A stretch of DNA of 64,000 nt. It comes from Octopus vulgaris (taxonomy: Eukaryota). The notes under the pieces are model-generated. The model saw only the letters and a program-made list of their open reading frames with translations, searched no databases and had not been told where the DNA came from. The position numbers and the translations under genes were made by a program. Below are positions 13,419 to 28,046 of the stretch, one piece after another. Every line of letters begins with the position of its first letter. Within the stretch, counting starts at the first letter, position 1. The DNA lies in assembly GCA_951406725.2 (NCBI GenBank), contig OX597835.1, positions 25,296,001 through 25,360,000 of the forward strand. The letters are read 5' to 3'.

Positions 13419-13858
13419 CCCTTTCATTGCCATATTTCTCTTGAAATACATGTTTCAAATAATTTTGAAAATAACAAGGAATTTAGTAAGATAATCTTGT
13501 CGTTTTCAAGCTAGTACTTGGAACATAAATTAATAAGGGATTTTGAGGAAAGGTTGTAATTTAGGTCATTTTAACCCTTTCATTACCATATTTCTGATGA
13601 AATATATCTCTTTCCTTCAATTAATTTTTACAATAATTAAGTATTTAGTAAAATAACTTTGTCGTTATTTAGCTGAAGGTTGCAACTTAAATTATTACAA
13701 AATGATATTTTGATAGAATATTTTTAATTTAGATCACTGGGTTGTTTGTTTCCTAGAACCGGAGGTGGTCTTCAGCAGGTTGGTAACAAAAGGGTTAAAA
13801 CAGTAAGTTCATATCAGAGAACCACAGGCAGTCCCAGCCAGGCTGGTTAACAAAAGTG
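13419..13858. mobile_element. Second piggyBac-like MITE family, one copy nested in another
   Basis: Outer ttaa|ccctttcattgcc...aacaaaagtg|ttaa contains inner ttaa|ccctttcattacc...ggtaacaaaaggg|ttaa at 13575-13794. Confidence 0.75.
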
Positions 13859-15382
13859 TTAATATTCATTAAACTGTTTAGTATTTAACCCTTTAGCATT
13901 AAATCTGGCCATATCCAACCGAACCCAAATATTCTACCTGTTTTATGTTAAAACTGACTACATCCAGCCTCTCACACCTACTCTACAATGTCATTGTAAA
14001 AATATTAGGTGCAGGCATGGCTGTGGTGAGTTTACTTCCCAACAACATGGTTCTGGGTTCGGTCCCACTGTGTAGCACCTTCAGCAAGTGTCGTCTACTA
14101 TAGCCTCAAGCTGACCAAAGCCATAAAAACCATGCCAATACAGCCACAGAAGCTTTCTGCAGTCTCTACCTGGCCAGCTCCTGTCAAACCGTCCAACCCA
14201 TGCCAACATAGAAGGTGAACATTAAACAATGACAATGTGTTGCCAAGAGCCCGAAGATTGCTTGGAGACACAAGGTGTGTTATAAAAAACCTGCCTAGAC
14301 ACATGTCTTCATAGCAAAAACTACAAGTAGCTCTTACCTTTATATTGCATACATTAAAGTAAGTATGTATGTATGTGTTTTAGTCACCTTCTCTGGACAC
14401 AATATAATAGTTATGAGCGTCACTGTCATACAAGCAGTGTCATTCATTTGGGGCTCCTTCGTGAAGGGCATAGTCAAACAAATTGACTGCCCACTAGTAC
14501 TTATTCTGTCAGTCTCTTTTGCAAAACTGCTAAACTATGAGGCCATAAACAAACCAACATCAATGTCAAGTAGTGGAGGAAAGACACACACACATATATG
14601 TGCACGTGTGTGTGTATACATACACACTGACTTCTTTCAGTTTCTGTCAAACAAATACACTCACAAGGTTTTGGTTGGCCCGAGGCTAAGGTAGAAGACA
14701 CTTGCTCAAGGTGCTATACAGTGGGACTGAACACAGAACCAGGTGATTGGGAAGCAAACTTGTTACCACACAGCCATGCCTTATTCAAAGAATGTTTGCT
14801 GAAATCTGTATGATTCTCCACTGAGACCATGCTAGTTCGAAAATAAATTCTAAAGTCAGCTCACACAATAAGACAATAAATTGCGCTAGAGTCAGAATGT
14901 ATAAGAAGCGAGACAGTATTAAGATATAAAAATTTCTTTTTTTTTTCTCCCATAACATTTTTTTTTATGTTGTCATTCAAAAAAAACATATTTTCTTCCT
15001 TCTCCCAGATAAGATTTATGCAAAGAGAAAAAAAAAACAAAAACAAAGAAACTATTTCTAATATGAAGCTAACATATTTTAACTAAATAAATGGAATATT
15101 TCATATGAAAAAAAGAAAAAAGCCCTGTCATTTAAATCAATAATAAGCCACTTTCATTTTAAATGGAGTATATTTAATTAGAAATGCAGCAAGCACATTA
15201 TTCAGAAAAAAAATACTTGAGAATATTATCAGGCAGTTCTGCACCCCACCCATCTCCCTAAACTACATTCAAAGAAATTCTGGATTTCTTCCAAAAGACC
15301 ATTTTCGATGAAAATCTAATTTACCAAAGGAGTGCTTTTCAAAAAATATAATTTCATAAAATATTAACTTGAAAAAATTGTC

Positions 15383-15670
<288 letters not shown>

Positions 15671-18302
15671 ACCGACCAGACCATCAGATGTTGTTACACA
15701 TCGCTGGTCACAACGCGTTCGCATTGTTTTAGCCTTCGAATGACGCCACCTTGCTGGCTCAGTGAGCAGGCCTATATATATATATATATATATATATTGT
15801 AAATCCCCACCCGCCAAAAAATGAAGAACAATTACAAGAAAGAAAAAAAAACAATTCGAAGACATGGCACATGCAAAGTATCAGCAGACGCTAACTAGGC
15901 TATCAGACGTTGCACATCACTGGTTACAATGTGTTTTGCATTGTTTTAGCCTTCACATGACACCCCAACCCTGGCTAGACAAGCAGGCCAACATTCCCCC
16001 CACACACACCAAATAAAAGCAGGATTGGAGTAATGTGAAATGAAGTGTTTTGCTCAAGAACACAACACATCACCCTATCAGGGGATTGAACCTATAATCT
16101 AGCGATTGTGAGTGCAACAGTCCTAACCACTATATATATATATATCATCATCATCATCATCGTTTAGTGTCCGCTTTCTATGCTAGCATGAGTTGGAAGG
16201 TTCAACTTGGGTCTGGGAAGCCAGAAGGCTGCACCAGGCCTAGTCTGATTTGGCAATGTTTCTACGGCTGGATGCCCTTCCTAATGCCAACCACTCCGAG
16301 AGTGTAGTGGGTGCTTTTTACGTGCCAGACGAGGCTGGCAAACGGCCACGATCGGATGGTGCTTTTTACATGCCACCAGCACAGAGGCCACGTTCGGATG
16401 GTTCTCTTACGTGCCACGTAGCCGTTGCCAGCGCCAATATAAATAAGAAAATGGAGAAACAATTTAGCTTGTTCATCAACTTTCGGATATTAGAATGTTG
16501 AATTATTTATTCATTTAACAAAATGAGAACCTTAATAGCATAAAGTAAAAGACATTTGCCCAAGGTGCCATTGCAGTAGAACTAAACCCAAAGCCCCATG
16601 GTTGAGAAGAGAACATTTTAACCACCCAGCCAGGCTTGCAACTATATTTGCACTCATATTTTTCATTTGATTATTTGGCTGCATGGGATAAGTGGAGGCA
16701 TGGCTGTGTGGTAGGAAGTTTGGTTCCCAGCCACATAGTTTCAGGTTCAGTCTCACTCCATGGCCTTTGGGCAATGTCTTCTACTATAGCTCCAAACAAA
16801 CCAAAACTTTGTGAGTAGATTTAGTAGGCAGAAACTGAAAGAAACCAGTCATATGTGTGTGTGTGTGTGTCTGTTCTCCACTTGACAACTGGTGTTGGTT
16901 TGTTTACATCCCCATAACTGTTTGGCTAAAGAAACAAACCGAATAAGTACCAGACTTAAGAAAAAAAAAACAAGTACAGAGGTTGATTCATTTGACAGAA
17001 ATCACTTCCAAACAGAGCTGTATCATGGCTGCAGTCAATGACGGAACCAAGCAAAAGCTAAGAGAGAGTCAGAAGAATGAAGGCACCATCCACTACCTTT
17101 TTTGAAGGATCTCACAAACAAGAGTGGCAGAAGGGAAAAGGAGAAAAAAAAAATGAAAAGCCAGAAGACTGCTCTGCTGGCAGCAACAGAGTAGACCCTT
17201 CTACAATAACCACTCAAAAAAGCCAGGTTATCCCAGACACTAGACCAAGCTGATACTTCCTACACTGGTGTATTTGGGTAGCAACATTCCACTAATATAT
17301 ATACAGTTTGAGAAGACAACCTTACATTCTATTCAGTATTCTCAGTTTCCCAAAATAAATATACATGCCTTATGAATAATCACATGAGAAGGACAATTGT
17401 CATCATCATCGTTTAACATCCGCCTTCCATGCTGGTATGGGTTGGACAGTTTAACAAGAGCTGCCCGGCAGAAGCCTACATCAGACTTCTGTGACTGTTT
17501 TGGTATGGTGTTTTTATGGCTTGATGCCCTTCCTAACATCAACCACTCATCAGAGTGGACTTAGTGCTTTTTACATGGGACAAGCACAGGCGAGGTCAGT
17601 TTTAGCAAGGTTTTTACAGCTGGATGCCCTTCCAAATGCCAACCACTTTACAGTGTGTGCTGGGTGCTTTTAAGTGGCACCTGCATTGACAGGGTTCCCA
17701 AGTACTTACAAGACAAAAAAAAATCTCTTTTGAGAGTGAAGGGGGCATTGGAGGAGGTGCTCTTATGTTAGATGATGAAAGGTTATAGTGAGGCAGAGAG
17801 ATACAAACAGGTGTCTTGCTGTAGAGGAAGTACAAGGACATCCGGCCAGAGAGAGAGAGATCAAGAATGAAGACAAAAACAGGTGCACTGTTACAAAGAA
17901 AGCGCAGGAGGAGAGAGAAAGGAAGAGAGAGAGAGAGAGAGAGGCAGACAGCAGGATAGAGAATATAGCAAAGTACCAGACATACCAACAAGGGATGGGG
18001 GATCAGAATATAAATGGGATGGTTGAGTAAAGGAAGGGAGAGACATAGATGGTGGCAAGTGCCAGGGCAGAAGACAATTGTACATCCTGCTCAAGGCTTT
18101 AATTTCCCTAATGTACATACATACTTCCTTGTTTATCATTGTTTTTACATCTGCTTTTTCAAGTTAAACAGGACATTTCAAAGCAATAGGCACAGGTGTT
18201 GCTGTGTGATAAGGAGTTTGCTTCTCAACAACATGCCTCTGTGTTCAGTCCCATGCCGACCAAAGCCTTGAGTGGATTTAGTAGCCAGAAACTAAAAGAA
18301 GC

Positions 18303-18346
<44 letters not shown>

Positions 18347-18437
18347 GTAAATCCCAAAAAGAACACAAAAAACAAAACAACACAAAGATGTGGTACATGT
18401 AAAGTATTAGCAGATGCACAGGGAAGGAAAGAAAGAT

Positions 18438-18474
18438 GGTTTAACGTTTCGAGCAGATGCTCTTCTTCAGAAAC
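18438..18474 (-). ncRNA. Minimal hammerhead-like motif of Penelope type
   Basis: Minus strand: gttt-CTGAAGA(A)-GAGC atct GCTC-GAAA-CG-TTA|aacc. Perfect 4-bp stem II and palindromic AACGTT stem III; stem I is only ~3 bp and the core has one extra A. Confidence 0.45.
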
Positions 18475-18531
18475 AGGAAAGTCCAATAGAAGAGAAGACA
18501 GAGGAAGAAAATTGCTAACAATTCATGTGTG

Positions 18532-18574
<43 letters not shown>

Positions 18575-19212
18575 CCAAGTCATACCAGCATGGAAGGTGG
18601 ATGATGAAGATTATATATATAGATAATCTAAATAACATGTTAAATGATGATGGCAATGATCATGGAAGGGTCAATAAAATAATTATGTGCCAAGTACTAA
18701 AATCGATATTACTGACTTTATCCACTTCCTGAGTTGATGACATGATACCACCTGTCTAAGAAATCATTATCAATACTATCAAATGCCTCCATGGCACATC
18801 ATCATCATCAACAAATGCCCACTTTACCAGGATTCTGCAGATCAGATAGAATTTGTCGAGGCAGATGTCCTTCTGCTTGCAACCCTCACCTGTTTCCAAA
18901 CAGGATAATATTTCCCCATAGCCAAACATGTTCTTCAAAGAAGACTGGAAACAAACAACACCACCTGTAAGACAGTGATGCTCATTTACAACCACCACAT
19001 TATGTCAACACAAGGGTACACACACATATTCTTTATTCTTTTACTTGTTTCAGTGCTGGAGCACTGCCGTCAAACAAATCAACCCCAGGACTTATTTCTT
19101 AAGCCAAATACTTATTCTATTGGTTTATTTTGCTGAACCACTAAGTCACAGAGACATAACACATCAACACCAGTTGTCCAAGTGGTGATGGAGTGGGAGG
19201 AAACAAACACAG

Positions 19213-19265
<53 letters not shown>

Positions 19266-20510
19266 CATACTGTGGCCATGCTGGGGCACTGCCTTGAGAG
19301 GTTTAACTGAACAAATTTACCCTCGTACATATTTTATCAATCTCTTTTTTTTCTTTCAAATTGTCAAGTTACAGGGACATAAACAAACCAACACCAGTTG
19401 TCATGCAGTGGAACTGAACCTGGAATCGTGATTGCAACGCAAGCTCCTTAACCACATAACAATGTCTGATTATACAGAACATATTACATAGCAAAAGGTG
19501 TGAGCACCCACTTCTACTCAATAAAGAAGTTAAATAATAAATCAACTGGAATGAAATGGATCAATGAGTTTCTCTTTTATTATTTCTTCTTTTTTTTTAG
19601 GGAGAAAAAGCAAAATGACCCCAAAAAAGGTAGGTACACATTAACCCTTTTAGCATTCAGATTACCATGTCACACATAATGTTTATAAGCTCATTTTGTT
19701 TTCAGTTTATCAGGCATTATTTCACAGCAACAATATCTCAAGGCTACGATTGTTTATTTTTAGAATGACATTGTAGGATAGGTGTGAGAGGCTGGATCTG
19801 GCTGGTTTCAACGTAAAACAGGTAGAATATATGGGACGGCTATGGCCAGTTAAAACACAAAAAGAAAGAAAAGGAGAGAATTTCTGATTAATTCATGTGA
19901 CAAGCATAAGGTGGAGATTTGAGCAAATTACCTTCATATTCTCCTCACCTTACAATCTTAGAAAAAGGAACGACACATTGGATGTGGTTCTAGGTACACT
20001 GTGTCTGAATAAAAGATGGGATGATCATAAATTTGTTCAATTAGAACAAACCTATGATCAACAAAGAATAAACAACAAATGAAGAAATGCTTATAAGTTT
20101 ATATCTGTTTACATGTCATACAAGAAAAGGTGAAAGTCTAAGTAATGCCTATTGTTGAGAGTCAAGTCCACAAAGATATATTTTGGGCGGAAGCATGGCT
20201 GTGCGACAAGAAGTCTGCTTCCTAATCGTGTTTTCAGGTTCAGTCCCCTCTGCGTGGCACCTTGGTCAACCAAAACCTTGTGAGTGGATTTGGGAAATGG
20301 AAACTGAAAGAATCCCATCAAAGGAGTGGCTGTGTGGCAAGTAGCTTGCCTACCAACTACATAGTTCCAGACTCAGTCCCACTGTATGGTACCTTAGGCA
20401 AGTGACTTCTACTATAGCTTTGGGCCGACCAAAGCCTTGTGAGTGGATTTGGCAGATGGAAACTGAAAGAAGCCCATTGTATGTATGTGTAAATGTCTGT
20501 GTGACATATA

Positions 20511-20911
20511 CTCTTTACTCTTTTACTTGTTTCAGTCAGTTGACTGCGGCCATGCTGGAGCACCACCTTTAGTAGAGCAACTCGACCCTGGGACTTATTC
20601 TTTGTAAGCCCAGTACTTATTCTATCGGCCTCTTTTGCCGAACCGCTAAGTGACAGGGACATAAACACACCAGCATCGGTTGTCAAGCAATGCTAGGGGG
20701 ACAAACACAGACACACAAACATACACGCACACATATATATATATACATATATACGACGGGCTTCTTTCAGTTTCCGTCTACCAAATCCACTCACAAGGCT
20801 TTGGTCGACCCGAGGCGATAGTAGAAGACACTTGCCCAAGGTGCCACGCAGTGGGACTGAACTCAGAACCATGTGGTTGGTAAGCAAGCAACTTACCACA
20901 CACTCCTGCGC

Positions 20912-20912
<1 letters not shown>
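20511..20912 (-). mobile_element. tRNA-derived SINE, family A
   Basis: Near-complete reverse complement of 2626-3052, adjacent to two plus-strand partial copies at 20185-20480. Confidence 0.85.
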
Positions 20913-20959
<47 letters not shown>

Positions 20960-21377
20960 GCACACACACACTGAGCCCAGATCAGACTGGAGCCTAGTAC
21001 AGCTCCCTGGTTTACCAGTTCCAGTCAGTCCCTCTAACCCAAAGTGCCCCCAAACATTTTCGGGCCGCCACCCACTAGACACCAAGGCCATATTCCTAGC
21101 GCCCCCACCCCAACTAACCATCACAAACATAGACCTCTTTCTGAAGCAAATTCAAGGCAATTGTATTTCACAAATAAAACTTAACGAACCCATTATTTTG
21201 TTTTTACATGAATAAGCAACCCTATTATCACTCCACTTTTTACATGAATCGCTACCCCATTATCGCCCCACCTTTCTTCAACGCCTCCTTGGAACTTTCC
21301 ACCGCCCCCAAGGGTGCAATACTGCCCACTTAGGGAACCCTGTCAGCATGGAGAACGGACGCTAATGGTGGTGATGA

Positions 21378-21412
<35 letters not shown>

Positions 21413-21649
21413 CCAATGTGTCTTTTCTCTTAATAGGAGATGCAATTTGACAGTTATTTCTAGCGAGTCGAGTTACCATGTAGTGGTTCCCTTCTCATTT
21501 ATTTGACGAAAGAAGTATGTGCTGAGAATTCCCACGTCAATTATTTTACTGCACACGATTGTGTTTGTTTGCTTTACATGGCAATCGGGAGATCGAAAAC
21601 ACGATCGCCCCGAAATGATTCTAAAACACGTGCTTATATCAGTGTAGAG

Positions 21650-21853
21650 CAGTGCTCCGCAACCGGTATGCCGCGGCACGCTGGCGTACTGCGAGAAGAT
21701 ACTAGATACTAGGTGTGCCGCAGTGTAACCTGAATATGATTTTTTTTCCCCCCCGCTATACTTTTAGTTATGTTGTTAGTTCATGTGTGACGCCGAATTT
21801 TGAAAAGAATATAAGTGTACCGCAAGTGGGAAAAAAGTGGTTGCGGTGCACCG
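21650..21853. mobile_element. hAT (Charlie-like) MITE
   Basis: TIRs CAGTGCTCCGCAACC / GGTTGCGGTGCACCG; perfect 8-bp TSD GTGTAGAG at 21642-21649 and 21854-21861. Confidence 0.85.
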
Positions 21854-21925
21854 GTGTAGAGGGAGGAAAGAACAGAAGACAAACTAGCCAAAGGAATGAG
21901 GAAAATAGCACTCAACACGTGGCGT

Positions 21926-21972
<47 letters not shown>

Positions 21973-24759
21973 CACACACACACTCCACACAGAGAAACGG
22001 AGAGAGGGTGGTGAGCAAGCTAACATACTACGAAGTCTAGACCACATGCGGATTTTTAAGCCGTCTAATATTCACTGAGAACCTTCGACACAATCGACAG
22101 TCGCTCAATGCTTCCTAATCTTAATTATGATGGCTAAGCACAGAGTGAAGTTATTTTGACAATCCGGTCCCGACTTCACTTCAACTGCATTTTTATACGG
22201 CCAAGGATGTAATCGGTCAGGTCGCCAAGCCTCCTTTAGATCACACCCTCATCGTCTTGAGAGGTTCTGGGTTATCTGCACACCGGGAAGAAAAAAACGG
22301 GGATGGTTATTAGCCGGGATACCTTTGAAAATAAGTCTGTTTGAGCAGCGCTGACCTAGGTGACTAAACAACTATCGCCAATGAACGAGTCTCCAGGTGG
22401 ACAGTCTTGCTAGAAATAAAGGGACAAATTTCCTTCAAAAAAGAATAAAAAAGGGATGGTGAATAACGTCGTGCGGCTGACAAAAGCTTTGTCAGTGGAT
22501 TTGGTAGACGGAAACTGAAAGAAGCCCGTCGTGTGTGTGACTGTCCCCCCCACCATCGCTTGACAGCTGATGTTGGTGTTTACGTTCTCGTAACTTAGCG
22601 GTTCGGCAAAAGAAACCGACAGGATAAGTAAGAATGAATCCTGGGGTCGATTTGTTCGACTAAATGCGGTGCTCCAGCATGGCCACAGTCAAATGACTGA
22701 AAAGAATAAAAGAATATATATATGTGTATGTGTGTAAAGTGGTGGTTATGGTTGGAACGCCTTTGACCATAAATCAACTAGTTCATGGCTGATTGGGAAG
22801 AGATTAAAGAACGACAATAACAACTACCTGCGGACAAGCATCTAATGGGAATGTTCGATCTGCTTGAAATAGGGGATTTCCCATTAAAAAAAAAAGGCAC
22901 AGAGACACATTGGAGTGATGTAGGCCTTTATAAACAATGTCTGAAAGAGAAAATAGATGGGGGAGGTACATCCAACACGAGATCAACAACTGGTGAATGA
23001 ATGTCGCCCACTCCCGTTTCATTTGATTTTAAAAACTGCGAGAAATACCATCGTCTCCCATCTCAGGAACATTCGTTGAGGTGGAGGAACAAGAAAAAGT
23101 CCTCGAGTCGGGAAAGCCACGAAGGATATTTCTGTTAAGAATATCCAATTTGGCGTCTACACAAAAACAAAAGGCACTACTACTACTATTCCTTGGCCTT
23201 TCATCCTTTCGGGGTCGATAAATAAAGTAACAGTTACGCACTGGGGTCGATGTAATCGACTTAATCCCTTTGTCTGTTCTTGTTTGTCCCCTCTATGTTT
23301 AGCCCCTTGTGGGCAATAAAGAAATAATAATAATTATTATTATTATTATTTAGGGAGGCGAGCTGGCAGAATCGTTAGCACGCTGGGACGAAATGTTTAG
23401 CGGTATTTCGTCTGCCGTTACGTTCTGAGTTCAAATTCCGCCGAGGTCGACTTTGCCTTTCATCCTTTCGAGGTCGATAACCTAAGTACCAGTGACACAC
23501 TGGGGTCGATGCAATCGACACATTCCATCCCCCAAAACTGCTGTCGTTGTAGCAAATTTTGAAATCATTTTGAAATTATTAATAATAATAATAATAAGAC
23601 GAGCAAGTAGAATCGTTAGCACGCTGGACAAATTGCATGGCAACATTTTCTCCTGCACTTTACGTTCTGAGTTCAAGTGCCGTTGGAGGGTCGACTTTGC
23701 TTCTGCTCCTTTCAGGGTTGATAAAGTGAGTACCAGTCGAGAACGGCGGTGGCAGGGGAGCGATTTTATTGACTGGCCCCCTTCCCTACAAAATTTCGGG
23801 GGTTTTTTTGTTGTTTATAATAAAAAAGATTATTATTATTGAAACAGAATGGAGCGAGTCATTCAAGTCCGGAAGACATACCAACCTCTACGTATTCCAT
23901 CGAAATGTTAGAAATAGCTGATAAATGTATCCCTCAAATCACACCCAACCGTCTTTTAAAAAAAATAAAAGAAGGGGGGGGGCATAGCGGAGGTAAAGAA
24001 TACGCACACCACTCGTTCCCAGCGTAACCCTAATGCTGAAAATAACCCTAAACACCGTATTCTTTGCTTTCGCCTGGAAGAATTAGATATTGTAGTCCAA
24101 AATATATTGTGTTTGACTGAAAAAAAATCAAAAGACGGAATAGTCACGGCTAGAACACAGTAGATCTCAAGTCTGCTTGGAGCAGTACTGACCAAGGGTT
24201 AAACAGCTACAACAAACAGAGAAACAATGTTCTTGTTCCAAAAGAAACTAAACAATAATATCACCATCATCATCACTACCACCACCGCAAACATCTACTA
24301 CTACAACCACTACTATAATTACCACTACTACTACAATCACTACTACTACATTCAACATCAACACAACTATCACTAACATCACAGCTACTACTACTACTAC
24401 TACAATTATTATTATTATTGCTTCTTAGATCTGCGACAAATTAAAGGGAAATTCCCCAAAAAAACCCCATCGAAAAGGGATATTAAGGAAAGGGAAAGTG
24501 GAGAAGGGAGAGGGAACGAAAATAAACACGATCGTCCTCCATGTTTTCCTTCCCTTCCCCGCCCCTCATTCCGCATTAACTGAAAACAAAATAATTAAGG
24601 CCCATATACAATTAGCGCGGATGTGTACATGCGACTGTATGCGCGTTTCCTTTTGAACGGGTGATACTCCATCTCCGCATTTATTCGCGCATGGATGTGT
24701 ATGCCAGTACAGATATATATATTCCATGTAAATATACACATCAAGCCTGCTTTCATATA

Positions 24760-24808
<49 letters not shown>

Positions 24809-24897
24809 CGGGTGCATTAGCCTTCTATCACTCTATATATGAAAATAAGATACATGCATCTTTTCTTATATATAAATAAACATATCTATCTATTTAT

Positions 24898-24953
24898 CTA
24901 GATAGATAGATAGATAGGTAGATAGATAGACTGATAGATAGATAGATAGTTAC

Positions 24954-25010
<57 letters not shown>

Positions 25011-25020
25011 CAGACAGACG
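24898..25020. repeat. (GATA)n microsatellite
   Basis: Directly visible. Confidence 0.9.
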
Positions 25021-26597
25021 ACTACATACACATGTGTATATCGATATATTATAATCATCACATTTCGTTGTATTTGTATACAATGACAAACCAACAAACC
25101 AGATTGCGGCTATGCATGTATGTATGCGTATTGCATAGCAAACGGCGAGATATATTCTCTCTTCTTGTCGGGACAGCAGATTTAAAACACGGAAGATGAG
25201 GGAGGACATACACGCGTGCGACTGTGTATGTCTGTATACACATTACATCTATTTGGCTGTCTTGGTGGAAACTCCACAAAGATGATACACAATTCATCGC
25301 ACAGACATTTCACACAGCAGCAACAAACATCAAACAAGCAACTACCATGTTTTCATGTCGAATTTACTCACTGAAAGAAACTTCGGGCAGGGTGGAATTT
25401 TGTTTCCGAATTTTTTATTTCCGTCGGGTGTCAGGTTTATCTGAGACAGCGTAATTTCACTTGATTCTTATTCATCTTTAAAACAATTTTTTTTTTTGCG
25501 GAGTATTTCTTAATAATAGAAAAAAAATCGCGAAACCTTTTAAATCAACATAATATAACAATAATAATAATAATCAAGGTGGTGCGCTGGCATAGTTGTT
25601 AGGGCGCCGAACGAAATGCTTAGACAAGTTCTTCCGGCTTTTCATGTTCCGAGTTCAAATTCCGCGGAGGCTGGATGTGCCTTTCATCTTTTCGGAGTCA
25701 ATGTAAACGACTTATCACCGACACCTCCCACCAAAATTCTTGGCCTTGTTCCAAAATTTGGAATTATTATTATTATATGGATTGGCTGACTCATTTGAGC
25801 ACACTGTATTTTATCCGGCTCTTTGCATCCCGAGTTCGTATCTCGTCGACGTCTCTACTTCGCTATCTATCATCAATCTGGAGTCGATAAAAATGAAGTA
25901 CTACCAAGTTACTAAGGTCGATGGTATTCAATGAACCTCTCCCCTCAAAATTCTTAGTTTTTTATCTAAATCCCGTGCGAATCAACTTTGTGTAACATCC
26001 TTCCGATAGGATAATTTTTTAAAAACCCTAGTTTTTTTTTTTGTTTAACTAGTTCCATGAATTCATCAATACCCTCCCCACAAATAAATACGAGTAGTTT
26101 GTGCTTATATATGTGGAATTAATGTTATTATAGCTTAGCTGAGCGCGAAATGTTGGGAGAATTTTGTGTTCGATAAAGTACCTGTCGTGTACCAACCAGG
26201 CTCTATTTAATCTACTATAACCCTAACTTTCTTTCGCAAAATAAAAAATAAATAATAATCATTATACATATGTATGTATGTACATGTAGTAGCCTTGTGT
26301 CTGTGTTGTTTGAACAGTAACTACGGAAGAGCGCGAAATGTTAAGGGAGGGGGGCAAGATTATTGAACAAGGAGTGAAAACGGTTGGGGGTGGAGAGATG
26401 TGTGTGTGCATATATATATACACACATATATATATATATATAACATTAGGATATGAAGGGGTGGGTAATATCATGAGGGGGTGACATTTTTAACACATTT
26501 TTTAGATTTTTTTCTAAAATGAATAAACTAAATCTATATGTATATCATATATATTTAAGCATGTTTGTGTGTGTGTGTGTATATGTGTATGTGCATG

Positions 26598-26632
<35 letters not shown>

Positions 26633-27009
26633 TTGTGGATTTATTTATATACACACAGACAGCGATGTGTATATTATATGTAACCATCAGCAGAAACAGT
26701 GAAATATTGGTGATAAAGCAAAGTAGAGAAACAAAAAAAAGGCTTAAATTTTCTGTGATTAAAAATAATAACTGATAGACATATACAACACATACATGCA
26801 TATATATATACACCTTTATACATATATCTAGAAGTATCTATATTACATATATATACATTTATAATCTATAATCGCTGGAGTGCGTCTGTTATTAGTTGGA
26901 TCTTGAGGGATTCTTGAGATGTCTTTTAGGAATAAACAAACACCGAATGGAACACACTTCATTTTATGCAGACATATATGTGAAATGTATGCTTATATAA
27001 ATATATATT

Positions 27010-27014
27010 TATGC

Positions 27015-27054
<40 letters not shown>

Positions 27055-27187
27055 AGTGTATTTATACACATATATGTAGATTTGTATACATATATATGTA
27101 TAATATATTTATATATATATATATATATGAGAAGTGTATTTATACACATATATGTAGATTTGTATACATATATATGTATAATATATT

Positions 27188-27228
<41 letters not shown>

Positions 27229-27283
27229 AGTGTATTTATACACATATATGTAGATTTGTATACATATATATGTATAATATATT

Positions 27284-27323
<40 letters not shown>

Positions 27324-27620
27324 TGCAATGTATGTATATGTGTACATATGAATATATATGTGCGTATATAGATATATATATGAAGTGTATATATACATAC
27401 ATCTGTGTATATATTAATATATATACCATGTATGTGTATATATATATATATATTTGTGCATGTATATGTAGTGTGTTCATATGAATATATATGTGCGTAT
27501 ATATATATATATATATATGAAGTGTTTATATACATACATCTGTGTATATATTAATATAAATATATATACCATGTATTTGTGTACATATATATATATATTT
27601 GTGCATGTATGTGTAGTGTG
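27010..27620. repeat. AT-rich compound tandem repeats
   Basis: Three ~80-95 bp units starting gagaagtgtatttatacacatatatgtagatttg separated by (TA)n, then two ~135-bp units. Confidence 0.8.
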
Positions 27621-27961
27621 TTTATATATTTTTGAGTGTGTATGTGTATAGATATATACATATAGATTTATATAAATATATATACATATATATGTGTATA
27701 TATATTGTATGTACATAAATACATGCAATATATATACATATATAAATACACCATAAGTGGGGGAAGAATAGAAAAAAAAAACGTAGCTACACGTGAACAA
27801 TCGATGGAGATATAATGGCAGGAAGTTGAAGAACTGGAAAACAAGAACTCGAACAGCCACTATGGGAGAAGAAGGCCGTGTCTGAAGAGGTAAGATGCCA
27901 GTAGGAATGGTGCATCTGTGAGTAAACAAACAGCAAAGCATGATCAGAACGGTAAACTCAC

Positions 27962-27976
27962 CTGTTCTTCCGCCAT
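27962..27976 (-). CDS. XPO7: Exportin-7, coding part of exon 1 (MAEEQ)
   Basis: Minus strand reads aaaaATG GCG GAA GAA CAG|gtgagt. Strong Kozak context and donor; phase 0 joins exon 2 in frame. A very short first coding exon is also the vertebrate XPO7 layout (MADHVQ). Implies intron 3396-27961. Confidence 0.8.
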
Positions 27977-28046
27977 TTTTGTATTCCCACACAAACATAA
28001 CGAACGCACCGTTCGAGAGTAAAGCTAAAGCGCAAGCTGATTGGCT
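27971..28046 (-). promoter_or_regulatory. Putative XPO7 core promoter / 5' UTR
   Basis: NF-Y-type CCAAT box (AGCCAATCAG on minus, 28037-28046) and a YY1-like CGCCATTTT overlapping the start codon (27971-27979); local CpGs are retained. Confidence 0.5.
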
